Of a DNA stretch of 64,000 bases, positions 13,201 to 25,019 are shown piece after piece. Position 1 is the stretch's first letter. Every line of letters starts with the position of its first letter. The notes under the pieces were generated by a model that saw only the letters and a list, made by a program, of their open reading frames with translations, was not told the origin of the DNA and ran no database searches. The translations under genes were made by a program, and so were the position numbers. The stretch lies in contig BDGG01000006.1 of the NCBI GenBank assembly GCA_001949185.1, positions 2,276,827-2,340,826 of the forward strand. The letters are read 5' to 3'. Source of the DNA: Ramazzottius varieornatus (taxonomy: Eukaryota; Animalia; Tardigrada).

Positions 13201-15831
13201 GTGTCGGTGACGGATATCCAGACGAACCCGGCCACCAGACAGCTTACCAAGTTCGGACCGTTTTCCATGTCGCAAAGCCAGGTCGGCACGCTGATCGTCT
13301 CAGACGACAATGCCATCTTCATGAAGCAGCTGAATAATATGGGAAAAACCCGCAATTCCGTTTTACGGTAAATATCAACTTGTATTTCCAAAATGCGGAA
13401 CTGGAATTCTGTCTGATGATTTTTCTTTTGCAGCCTTCAGCAAAGGATAGTAGCCAGTGTGGAAATGTCCTACAATGAAGATGGCGCCTTGGCCGAAACC
13501 AAGCTGCGGAAGGGAGAGAGTGAACCGCAGTTGAGCTTCTCGATGAAGTATGATGTGGAGGGACGGTTGGTGGAAGTGCTGAAAAATAAACAACCGTGGT
13601 GGAATAGCGAATATGACGCCAATGGGAACACTGTTAAAATGGGCGGCTCATCCATGAAGTAAGAATATTTTGCTCGTAACAGTGTGAGGGGGGGGAAAAA
13701 GCTGCATTGGGTATTTTTCTACAGGAATTTCACATATGGTAACAAGGACGAACTCATCGGTCTGCACATTGACACTTTTGAAGTGCAGATCGTCTCCGAT
13801 GAAGACGGGTTCGTCACCAAGAAAGGCGACTTGAACTTTGAGTACGATGGGAGAGGGCAGCTGGTCAGAATCACCAAGGACGGCTCGATGGAAAATGTCA
13901 GATACTTCTACGACGAGGAAGGCAGACTGATGGCCAGACAGGCCTCACCGAACGATATCGTCCAGTTCATCTACGGCGACCTCAAGGTAAAAAAAACCAC
14001 ATGAAATACATAAATTTTTTCACTTGCAGTTCGAATTTTACGGAGAACAGTTTCATAAACATCGGTTCTGAGAAAATTTGAATCCTTACAATAAGTCAAA
14101 GCTCGGCAAACAAACTGGACTAGATTGTTTTTACGCAGTGGCGCACGCTTTTAGCCAATAACACTGAAAACATGCGCCACTTCGGAAAGCGATCTGGTCG
14201 AGTTCGTTAGCCGAGCTCTCGCGTTTTGTATGATTATTTTGCTGAATTCACATGTTTAATTATTATTCATTATCGCTATTTTTCTTTTAGGAAACCACTC
14301 GCGTGACGCATCTGTACCAAAAGCGGACTCGCACACTGACACAGCTCTTCTACGACGGTCAAGGCCAGCTGATGGCCATGGCTCGCGATGGGAACCCTTA
14401 CTACATTCTCCAGTCTCCGCTGTCCGTGACCATCTTCAGCAACCAGGCCAAGGTGGTGAAGGAAGTCTTCTACTCGCCCTTTGATCACGTCGAGTCGGAC
14501 TCCAGTCCCGACTTCTATTACCCCTTCGATCACGATAGGAATGTGCGGGACGCTCAGTGGGGAAGTATGGTCTTTGTGGATCAACGTCGGCCTTATCTGC
14601 CCCAGCTTGGCCGATATCTCACACCGGATTTTGGCGATTTGAGGGAAATGAGCCTTGCTAAACTTAATCCATACGTCTTTCAAGCCAATGACCCGCTACT
14701 CACTCCCGAAGAAAAGCAACCCATTCTGAGTACGTTCTTGACCACAACCTCAAAAGCCTCTAAAAATAATCGAGAAAATGTCGACTGTGGAAAATAGTCG
14801 AATCTGAATGCTTTTCCGAATTTGAATGCTTCTGAATACGTTACGGTGAAGTTTAAATTTCCACCCGAGTATTTTACGAAGCTCATCCCTGTACGACGGG
14901 TGGAAAATGCGGAAATTCGACTCTTCAGCTTGTTATTTTTAGTCACGCAGTCTGCCAGTGTTTCGTACAGTGGGAGTTTGTCGTCAGCAGCAGCAGCAAC
15001 TGATTTCTGTTTCTTTGCGCAGATGTCGATGGCTGGATGGACGCCTTGGGTTTCTCCAGCAGCGTAACATTCTCCAACGGTCTAGCTTTCCGAGAGCTCC
15101 ATGACTTAAGCTGCGACACTCGCAGCCCATTACCACTGCTCAACCACACATGCACTCTTCACGACGCCATCACGCCTTTCACCTCGTACTCCATCAACAG
15201 CGCCACTTCATCCGCCCTCTTTGACGCATTGACCACTCCACTCCGCTTCAGTTCGTCCCTTCCCTTCTACGGAAAGAACATCCTCCTGACGCGGAACGAC
15301 GCTGACAACACCACAGTGGTCGTGACCACGGGCAGCGGTCCACGTGCCGTCAACGACGCCATGGAGAACCTACTGGGTGGCAGTTACATCCTGCCATGGA
15401 GAGTGACCAGCGAAGCGAAGGTGGGGTATTTGGTGGTGAAGAAGGGTGGTGTGGCCACGTTGGATCTTGATATATCGAAACTGAGGACCGCGCTGGCCGC
15501 AGTCAACTTCACGACCAAGAGGGAAGTCAACGATGTGTCCTTGCTGATCCAGTCCGAGGTCTTCAGTATGAACGTCACGTATTCGAGCGATGTGAAGAAG
15601 AGTACAGAAGCGCTGAAAGATGGGTTGATGAGGGAGGCAGTGAAGAAGGCCTGGGAAGATGAAAAAAGGAGAGTGGGGTCGAATGGGAAGAGTACGTGGA
15701 CGGAGAATGAAAAACTTGTGTTGAAGACGAAAGGGTCAGTGCCGGGCTACAGTGGGCGCTTCATAAAGGATGTGGAAGCGTATCCCGAACTGGCGAGCGA
15801 TCCGGCTAATGTCCTCTTTGTCAGAGCTTGA
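1238..15831 (+). CDS. Teneurin (Ten-m/Odz family), about 25 coding exons, 5' end probably upstream of the first exon seen
   Basis: Spliced by eye at GT-AG junctions: His-rich intracellular exons (1238-1468, 1910-2060), TM helix FSIGLGILCLALAAALAYFA (2242-2441), RVKR furin-like site, YGRRNLPPSHAEYDFV motif (3534-3808), 8 EGF repeats (4156-5416), CDDKKDNDG-DGLVDCDDNDCC Cys-rich region, GGWDLSIQHRYNAE|GVLHRGDG across the large intron 7004-9861, NHL repeats (APDGSLYVGDFNLIRKV), YD repeats (11614-14728), and a C-terminal Tox-GHH/TCAP-like WTENEK...YPELASDPANVLF ending at stop 15831. Confidence 0.96.
6992..7249. repeat. Tandem triplication (76+91+91 bp) spanning a teneurin exon/intron boundary
   Basis: Unit acaacgccgaaggtaagaatcccatgagaggaaattagtaaaacagccagtcagaatttcgaccattaagctttgg occurs three times; copies 2 and 3 carry an extra 15-bp aacgccgaaggtaag. 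Confidence 0.95.
7451..8748 (-). CDS. Nested two-exon gene: Lys-rich N-terminus, FAR1/ZSWIM3-N-like (WRKY/GCM1 fold) Zn domain, coiled coil
   Basis: Exon 8748-8233 (donor ATCGAA|gtatgt) joins exon 7948-7451 (tggtag|GTTCGT) in frame, giving GANFSSYEDFVNALYKYQRETNTVF...YQC...CMAKIE|VRARKKDGVLSVTRMDKLSDHKHP, the F-x-S-x-E...C...C-x-A...H-x-H pattern. It lies inside teneurin intron 7004-9861. Confidence 0.75.
11308..11543. mobile_element. Intronic MITE-like element with internal GTGGCGC..GCGCCAC hairpin units
   Basis: Inverted ends tgggagctcgtcaa / ttgccgagctccca; three internal units of about 60 bp (ccaataacactgaaaatgtgcgccactt-like); a shorter relative lies at about 14099-14219. Confidence 0.6.
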
Positions 15832-18519
15832 CAGATTTTGTCAGAGCTTGACAGAGAAGGTTCTTCTTGACAAACCAAAAATGGAAGAGGTTGCTTTGAG
15901 ATAGCTTCCTGCCTGTTAACTAGTCATTTCTCTTGCTGGATGCGAAGCGGAACTGTTTGTGTACATGATTTGTAGTTTTCTTGGACTGTCAGTTTTTCTT
16001 GTTGATGTTTTATCCTAAAGTGGCCATGACTTCACACTAGCTAAACCGAGATTTTATTGTTTTATCTTTTGCCTCATATTTACCTCATTATTTTATTCAT
16101 CAGAGTTATTTATCATTTTATTTCATTCTATGACATGAAGTGAAAATGAGAAACACGACATGGTTGCGGTGCAAAAATTCGCGATGAAACAGAAGCCTTT
16201 TGGGTCAACAGTACCCAGCTGGAGCCCACGTGATGTTTCTGCTCTGTAAATACGTCTGGGCACAATTCAGGGAGCGGCCATATCCTGCCGGTACAAGACA
16301 CCTCGCTTAGACCTGCCGTGCATTTTGCGGTTTCTTAACGTTCACCATGTTATGTGACTAGAATGCCAACGCAGTGAAATGTTCCGGGAAAGTGTCAGGA
16401 CATATAATATTCAGGTCGGGAAATTCCTGCTTGTGCCTGGGAGGCGGAATGTGCGAAAAGAGTACGCAAAGGAAAGACGTAGGGTCGCTGGGGGACTGAC
16501 ATGGTCCCATAGTTACGACTTTCCGCAGCCAGCATCTGCGTACCGGAAGCTGATGTAGAGCAGGCGCACCTCTTGACTAGTCAAGAAGAACTGTTACTGT
16601 AACCGCGAAACATTTCGGTTAAATAGGCACACCGGAAGCGCTGGTCGGGAATTTCCTCAGCATCTTAACGCACTTTGGGGTCGTCAGGGACAGCGTTGCT
16701 TACCCCCACGACCGGGAAAGTTCATCTCTAAAAGAACAAAATAAGGAACTTCACGGAAAGCCCTCAAAGAGCCCTGGAATCGAGCTCCCACGGTCTTTAC
16801 CATTTCAGCGCAAGCCGGACACAAGTTGCAAGCACAATGAGGATCCATACTTCGGCGAAGAAATAATCTCATCGTTTTTCTACAGAAATTTACATTGTTC
16901 AATCTGAAATGATCTATAAGCGAACCAAGGTTGGCCTTTCATTTCCTGCTAATTCCGAACGCAGACGAGACGACCTTTTTCAAGCTTATAGGAAGTGATG
17001 CGGGTGTGGTGTCAGCCCCTGGTTCCTCGTCTTTCATCTGCCCGTCTGCCACATTTCAATGAACATATGGCGCTTTATGGCTTCAAGACATGATGGCGAC
17101 TCATTAAGATTACCGGCATCAACAAACGAAGCGCAGTTATCGGCCAGCTTTACGGTCTCGCTGGGACTTGACTTCATCAGTCATCCCGGAAAAGCATGTA
17201 CCTTACTACATCGACGAGAGACCTAGCCAACAGCAGATTGGCGCCCTTCCCCGCTTATACGACCCAGTACTCAACAATCATAAAGCTGATAGCGGCAAAT
17301 GATGTTGCCCCTTTGACAGCAGCTTTACGCCCTTTTACGCACTGAAGGCTAGTTTGCTTCACTGATGTCTGCCCACGCACCATACGTACGCAGGGACCAT
17401 AAGGAGGCCAGGGGAAGATCCTGTTTCACGCTGGCTGATTCGGTCCGGCGGTGTGACGTCATGGATCTAACAGGCCACTGATTTTCATCAGCCATGCAAA
17501 CAGGAACGTTCGAACGTGCAGCTGGTATTTAACCGCTTGTTTTGAGGTTCGGCAGTCATTATTGTTCTTTGCTGTTGGAAAAGCAAAGACAACTCTTTTT
17601 CTGGAACGCTGATTCTGTTCACTTGGTACCGTTCCCACTTCCTCGAGTGAAGTTTTCCCCTTCCCACGATATTACTCACTGTACTTCCTAACAGCAGATT
17701 CTACCTCAACCCGCTTCTGCATAGAAATCCATCGTGCGTGACCTTCATCCGCCATTCGATCTCTTTCGTTCATTAGGTAAGCGTATGCATTGTTCCTGTT
17801 CTGTCAAACCATCGAAGAGTCAGCCTTTCTTGTAAGGATCTTCGGCTAATTCGTGGTTATTTTCGAACACACGCATGCGCATGTTCGAATAGTTCCGAAC
17901 TCACAGATTGACCAGACATGGGCTAACGGTATCACATCAGGATAACCGAAGGCATTATTTTGCGGCTCAAGACCAAATGCCGTTTCATGACCATTGCCCA
18001 AGGTATCCGCCAACCAAAGTGCCAGTTACGTATACGTTGGCACACGCGATCTCGGTTCGGTCATGATCAGCATGTGCGGTAATCGCGCACACTCGTCGGA
18101 GGGTTGGGCGCAAAATCCTCGCAGTTATTGAGGTGTCAGATAATCGGCGGGGGAAATCGGCATTTAGGCGTTGCATGTTTCTCGCCGTAACATCGCATAC
18201 GCTTTCCCGCCCGATCGAGGTTGCATGTCAATTACGGGTCTAACGAGTCGGGTTCGAGACCCTGTTTAACTCTTTGATGGCCTCATCAAGCTAGGTTCCC
18301 AACCTCGCCATTACCCGCGCAGTGCCGTATGGCTTCCTGTGTGGCCTTCACGCCATCCTTTGAGACCGGTTGATTGCCCCACCGGTAGCCTCTAACGTGT
18401 CACTTTGCCACCCAAGCCGTCAAAAACACACCACCGAACAAAATAACACCCTTGTTAGCATGCTGAACCATTCGCCCAAATGCCACGTTGCACTTTCTTG
18501 CAGGGTAACGGATAACACC

Positions 18520-19529
18520 ATGCAGTCCTTTGCCAAGACACTGTCTGGTGTTTGTTCCACGTCCACATTCCTGCTGGTCCTTCTACCGGCATTAGTATGC
18601 TGTAAAGCCATTCCAGTAAGTATTCACCCACGTCACTCGCCAATTACTGGCCACTTTGCACATTTCAGCCCGTTTCCTGTCCGAAAGCAAGTTTTCTTCC
18701 ATGACGTCTAATCAGAAAAGATTCTGCTTCCTTTGATATGTCAAAGTGGAGAACTTGTCAAATTAACCACACAATACTTGCTCAATTTTTTCCTTCCATC
18801 TTCATTACTTTTTACCCTCTCACGCAATCACACCCTTTCTTCCTCCACTCGATTGCCATGCTTCTCCCACTCAAGAATTCACAACATAACAGACATTCAA
18901 ATTTCATAAAAAAACTAATTTATAAAACCTTGATCAGACATGATTGCAGATAACCTCAGTAAAAAAAATAATCGAGTTTCCCAATTTTACAGGACGAAGT
19001 GGAAAAGTTCAGAGATGCCCGCAGCTTCGACTCCTTGGTCGGAGGCGGCCTAGGTCGCGACCTCAGCCATTCGTTGCGCAAACTTCCGCTCAGCCAGCGT
19101 TCGCGTATGGACACTTTAACTGGGTAGGCAAGTGTGTCCGAATTACGACTGTATCATTTCCGGCTGTTAACTTTTCAATAGCAGTTATATTTACTGTGTG
19201 AGCATCATCGATGCAGGTTTGGTCTGGGAAGAAGCTTTGACAATGACTACGTCATGTACGCCCTACCGCCCTGGATGGCGCGCCCCTACAGCGCCAACAG
19301 CGAGGTGGCCAAGCGCAACTTTGACCAGATTGATTCCTCAGGCGGTATGGGAGGCTTCTCCAAGCGCAACTTTGACCAGATGGATGCCGGTGGAATGGGT
19401 GGCTTCTCCAAGCGCAACTTTGACAAATTTGACCGACCAGGCTTTGGTGACTTCAACAAGCGAGATCTGGGAAAGCGAAACTTCGACATGATTGACAAAG
19501 CCGGTTTCGGAACATTCTCCCGCCGATAA
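18520..19529 (+). CDS. Orcokinin neuropeptide precursor (3 coding exons: 18520-18615, 18993-19123, 19217-19529)
   Basis: Signal peptide MQSFAKTLSGVCSTSTFLLVLLPALVCCKAIP; KR-flanked NFDQIDSSGGMGGFS, NFDQMDAGGMGGFS, NFDKFDRPGFGDFN and NFDMIDKAGFGTFS match the orcokinin NFDEIDRSGFGF consensus. Confidence 0.92.
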
Positions 19530-20290
19530 GACGCTTAATTTACTTTGTGCTTTTCCGTGTGCAACAGAAGTTTCAGCAAATGTAGCAAAACGCCACTTCA
19601 GCGCGTATGCGTGCGATGACTTTCAGTGGAAAGGGCGAATTAAATTCTGTACGCTTGTAGCATCGTAGAACGCGGATACGATAATGCTTTCTATTCTTTG
19701 CCCAGACCTTACACTTTAGCATTTTAGAGACTGCCTAGCTCCAGCTGTTCCATAATGTCCACTCTTTCAGATCATAAAGCGGTTGCGTCACATAGCAGAT
19801 GGCTGAGTACTACGGTATCTTCAAATTAGGCTCATTGCAGAAAAGCACGCATCACCTGGAAAGGCTCGAGCAATTTGATGCGTGGCTCACAAACAAGTAG
19901 CAAGCGGATGTCACAGTGACGTAATACTAATCAGGGCGACAGCATCGCGTCCGAATTGCACAGTGAGGTAGTTTTGAACTCGGTTAACAGAGCCAAAAAG
20001 AGACACCCAACGAGATTCCCGAATATAGGCTCAATCATGCAGTTCGTTCCCGGCGTTCGCCATGGGAACATGAGGACAATGGTGAAAGATTAGCGATATA
20101 TTGTAGGTATACTTCTCCTTAGCTGTCTTACATTCGAATGTGCGGGAATAGTGCTCTTTACACATTGAGCTTTGCTTCTCTTAGTTCGTACTCAATGCAC
20201 GTTTTTGGGTTTTACAAAATTGTGATGAAGTTACAAGTTCCGGAAGACTAAGAAGACTAGTCGTGGACCTGTTTCGTGGTACTACCTGCT

Positions 20291-21034
20291 ATGCTTGATA
20301 GAAAGCTCGTTGCATTGATTGTAATTATTCTCCTATGGAGGACTTCTGCCATATCAGGTAGGCCTAGGTGGACTTCCGAGTGCCGGCAAACCGTGCATCT
20401 GCCCAGTGCGCCACCTGATGGGCTGACTAAGTTAATTCGATATCCACCTCATTCGAAGTTTCGCAGTACAAACTAGTCGTTCTTCGACACTTTGAACTGT
20501 AGGACAACTTGTATATCTGTTGCAGCTTTAATATGCTACTTATGCGACACACAAGTTACCGGCGTGGATACGATCATACCCCAGACGAGTCAAGGTCAAC
20601 GGGACTGCGCCACCCATGATCAGGAAGTTCTTGAAAATTACGCTGTGGACTGTAGCGTCAGGTACCCGCAGACCAACTACACGACCTGCCAGACGTCCTT
20701 CTCGTTCGCTTCAGACGGTTACACAGGTGGGTATTTCTTACGTTTCCATATTCACATATCCTCACAGCTGCTCATCATTTCATGCCTTTCGTCAAGGGTA
20801 GTTAACCGTACACTGAGAAGTTGCCTGAGCAATGAAGAAAAGAACAAAACGAAGCTCTCTGGAAATGGCACATGCACCCATTACAAGTATCCGCCCGGGA
20901 TCGAGAACGTCTGTGCTTGCTCCAAGAACCGATGCAACCACCAGAACGGCATGCTGTCTGCGGCAATGGGACAAGACATTGGAGCCATCAACGGGGCACC
21001 ACCTCTCGATATGACCCTGTTGTTCGCCATTTAG
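20291..21034 (+). CDS. Ly6/uPAR three-finger (quiver/sleepless-like) secreted or GPI-type protein, possibly C-terminally truncated
   Basis: Signal-peptide exon 20291-20357; exon from 20526 begins ALICYLC; Cys spacing ends in the three-finger signature CACSKNRCN followed by a hydrophobic tail. Confidence 0.75.
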
Positions 21035-21059
21035 AATTACATTTTCATGTGGCTGTGTA

Positions 21060-23796
21060 GGCGGGGCACGTTATCCTCTAACTCCAATTTCCCCTAAACG
21101 CTGCTCCGAAGAACCTCGAACTAGAAGAACTCTTCCCCCTAAGGGCTTCGTACTCTAACAGCAACTTCTCCTAAAATATGTCCATATTCTCTAACGACTT
21201 TGGGCCCTAAGAACCACCGTCTCGAAGAGCTTCGGCTTCTAACGAGCCTTGAAAGGTTCGCCTTCAATGAACTATTTCCCCTAAACAAACAAACGGGGCG
21301 GTACTTCGCTTTTGTCGTCTCGTGTCGACACGGCGACTGTCGACGCTTGACATATGCAGGCAATTGACAGTACTTATTCAAAAGCCGGAACTTGCCCCCG
21401 TTGATCCATCGGTTGATCTGCAGTACATGCAGTTCGAAATCGCAGTACAAAGAGTGCAGTTCGAATCAAGCGCCAGGCAAGCGAAGTACCGCCCCTCCTT
21501 AGTGGAGAGCCGTTGCATCGGTCGAATCGACGCATGTAGCGCCAAACACACTTCAGGAATCTTTCGAACAGCTTTCCGTTTGTCTGTCTGATTGAATTCT
21601 GTTTCTCTTCAGAACATTGCAAAACGTTTTTAACGTTTTCTTTGCAACTTTGGAGATTGTTTTCAGTCTAGATTCAGCTTACTACGGAAGTGACGATCCC
21701 TACTATGGCAAACGAAAGCATCCACGATATCATGGTGGCACTGGAGGAGACTGGCCTTGTTTCTCTAGCAAGTAACAGTCCTACCGTGGTGACATTTATC
21801 AAGTCATCCAGAGGAGGGGATATTGCCATGTATGGAGGTCACACCTACACCAAGAACAGGAACTTGCCTTGCGAGCGGTCTTATTGGGACTGTAGAAAGA
21901 AAGACAATTATGGCTGCAAGGGAACGATTACACTGAATTCTCCTAATGATGTACTCTCAACTGCTGAGCACAACCACGTAGCCAACGTGAACGAAACCAA
22001 GGCGGAAGAAGTCAAAGCAAACTTACGTGAACGGGCAAAGAAAAGCTTGACGAAACCTCGCCGACTGCTCAGCGATCTTGTTGAGAATATCCCGATCAAA
22101 GTAGCCGGCCATCTCCCTTCCGCCCATAGCTTGACAAGAAAGGCGCGTTGGCAGCGACAGGTTCACATGCCAGCTCCCGAGAAGCCGGAAGATATCGATC
22201 TCAACACCTACCTGGAGAAGAGTGAGGTCGGATGGGATAGCGTGTTGTTTGACAGCGAGAGGGCTGATCCGCAACGCATCATTATTTTGAAAGGAGAAGT
22301 CTTCCAGGACCTGCGCTTGGCTAAGACTTGGATCATGGACGATACTTTCCAGATTGTTCCCAAGTTGTTTCATCAGCTCTACACGATTCACTTCGATCAT
22401 TCTTGCGGATTATTTCCTGTGCTGTTTACTTTGCTTCCCGACAAGAGCAGCGCCACCTACGAAAGACTGTTTCGCGCAATTCCCGGCGAACTGGAGGCCA
22501 TGCCGTTCCGACTCGACTTGGAGGAAGGACCAAAACCCAAAAGCATCGTTATCGACTCCGAACGAGCGGTTATCAATACGGCAGGCAAGATTTTCCCGCA
22601 CGCCCGTATTTTATTTCTGCGCGCTGCTTGAGTTTAGTATTAAAATGTTGACAATATTTGTATTTCGCTTCTCTATATGGGCAGTTCACAGGTTGCCACT
22701 TTCACTTTTCGCAAGCAGTCTGGCGAAAAGTTCAAGAGAACGGGCTCGTTGTTCAGTACCTGAATGACGATAAATGCAGTCGCTCGATTCGCATGGTTCT
22801 CGCTTTGGCTTTCGTTCCAAGAGAAAGCAGTAAGGATGCCTGGCAGACGCTGCTGCATTTAGAAAGCTTCAATGCTGCACCGGAATCTGGATTCGCGAAG
22901 GTCAGAAACGCAGTCCAGTGAAGTATGATTTAATTCACTTTCGTTCGACCGGAATAAGCCTAACATAAAATTATAACTCGTTTTTTTCCAGTTTGTGCAT
23001 TACTTCCGAGAGACTTGGGTGGGCTACACGGACGTGAACGGTGGTGAAGTTCCTGCAATGTACCCGCCGGACTACGTGTCTACGAGCATACGTGGAAGGC
23101 GTGTGGCGAACCTCAAACAATGCGGAAGCTTGGCATGGGTCGTTCGGGACGCAAGTCGACTGCGCTCACCCAGGAATCTACATGTTCCTCGACGAGCTCG
23201 CTAAGGAGCGCAAGTTCATCAAAGCGCGCGTGGAGGCTGTGCGTGTTGGCGGTTTCTTACCGCCGAAGGACAAGTATTATCAGAGGTATGCCCAGAAGCT
23301 GGCCGAAATTTGTGAGTCGTACGTCCATGCTCCACGCCTCACCGAAGATTGTCTAAAGTTGGTCGCTCGAAGCATCGAGATTAGAACGGCGGCAAAGAAA
23401 CGCAAAGCTGACACCGATGAGTAATTTTGATTTACACTAAGACCTGACTTGCTGTAATGAGTTTTTCGTCTTTTGTCTGTTGCCTTTGTTTTCAGGAAAA
23501 CATTATTTTTGGGCCCAGTAAATTTCGGAGATCTCTCACTAGTGGTGTCTCGCAAAAGCATCTGTAGTGGAAAGAATTCTTCGGGGAACGAGATCTTCGG
23601 GTTTGAGGCTGTTCGGGTCCGAAGTTGTTCGGGTTTGAAGTTGTTCCAGGCCGTGGTTTTTAGGGGAAAGTGTTCTTCGGAGCAGTCTCCGGTTTTTAGG
23701 GGAAAAGAGTTCTTCGCATCCGAGGCTGTTAGGTTCCCGAGTTAGGGGAAGAAGTATGTTAGAGGAAAACGTTATGAGAGTTCCAGGTACGGGGCC
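21060..23796 (+). mobile_element. Mutator-like (MULE) DNA transposon
   Basis: Perfect 9-bp TSD GGCTGTGTA at 21051-21059 and 23797-23805; GGC...GCC termini; imperfect TIRs with repeated ttcccctaa/ttagggga motifs; internal transposase. Confidence 0.93.
21706..23424 (+). pseudogene. FLYWCH + MULE DDE transposase, intron-containing, partly decayed
   Basis: YWDCRKKDNYGCKG...EHNH (FLYWCH-like); MDDTFQIVPKLFHQLYTIH, LLPDKS..TYERLF, IDSE, CHFHFSQAVWRK and RTSNNAEAWH motifs; intron 22901-22991; frameshift near 23070. Confidence 0.9.
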
Positions 23797-23986
23797 GGCT
23801 GTGTATAGTCTTCACGGATCTGGAGCGTCCATCGATTTTTTCAGGTCTCGGGATATTCGTGATCCACTTTCCCACGCCTTACTGATAAACAACGGTTCGA
23901 GTTATATTTTAGGAGGTAATTTATTGAAGTAAACAATGTATATTCCGTACACTGTAATCTGATACGAATGAAGCACAGAACTAAAT

Positions 23987-25019
23987 TTACGAAAGCGGCA
24001 GGTGATCCGTGAAAGTATCTGTGGTCGGGGCGTACGAACCTCGGCGCATCGTTGCACCTATGCTATCAATACAGCAGCGCGGCTGGGGTATTCCTGAATA
24101 ACAACAAGAAAGTTATGGTCACATGACCGTGATAGCCTGACAATCGATAAATAATGGATTACGTATATCTATGTTTACCTGATGCTTGAAATATGATAAG
24201 AAGGTATTCCACACGACGAAGGTGCAGCTAATGAACAGGATGCGGAACTTTGGGCTGACAAAGCGGAAGTTGATACACTGCATCGGCACCCATAATGCGC
24301 AGTCAGCCAGGAACACGGTAAGGAATTTGCTCCGATACTCCTCGCAGACCTCCTTCCACGATTTTCCTTCGAGCGTTCCCATACTCCAGAAGAAGGCGAA
24401 CTGGAACGGTGGCCCGGAAACTACAACAGGCCAACTTTGTTAAATACGCCAGCGAAAGGATATAGGGGTACTTTCCCGTGGTCATACTAAGTGTACCTAG
24501 CTGGTCGGTAGCTACTTTCTTGGCGATAGTGTGTCCATCTGTCTTTGGCCATCGTCGATCTAAGGCCCGGAACCAATGATGGGACAAAGGACCCATGACG
24601 AACATGCCAGTCGTCGCCATTCTCGCTGCATACAAAATACACAGGTTTCAGATTACAGTATGCTGTCTTTGGTAAAAGAGCGAGCAGATCGTCTGGACGC
24701 AAAGATGATGGAAAAGGTTCCTACACCTGTCCGTGGCCAGTCATAGCTCGACTTTTCCTTCTTGACACGGATCTCGATATTCTGCTGGATGGCATCGCCT
24801 ACCCCAAAGAGAGTTCCGGCGATACTAATGTTGGTAAGAAATCTGCAAACATAAAATACGACTGTAGTACTGCAACTCCGTATCCAGTTGGGGAGGAGAA
24901 TGTTCGTGCAGGCGACAGGAGTAAGTCTACATTACGTAAAATCTGGACTTACAAGTGACGCTCGAAGAGACTTTGGATTCCATTGCGCACACTGACGAGG
25001 GACATTTTCTGGGCTTCAT
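23987..25019 (-). CDS. Mpv17/PMP22 family membrane protein (MPV17L2-like); 5' exon(s) uncertain
   Basis: Exons encode TNISIAGTLFGVGDAIQQ..E, YDWPRT|ARM, GPLSHHWF..LDR, KKVATDQL and LWVPMQCINFRFV...VWNTFLSY, which are Mpv17 family motifs. Confidence 0.88.

Noticed and set aside
15500-15831. YD/Rhs and Tox-GHH similarity to bacterial toxins as possible new horizontal transfer
   Set aside because: This is the known ancient architecture of teneurins.
16100-17500. Cys-containing broken frames between teneurin and orcokinin
   Set aside because: No coherent exon chain or recognisable domain.
19286-19498. Repetitive antisense ORF (SIWSKLRLEKPPIPP)
   Set aside because: Shadow of the orcokinin peptide repeats.
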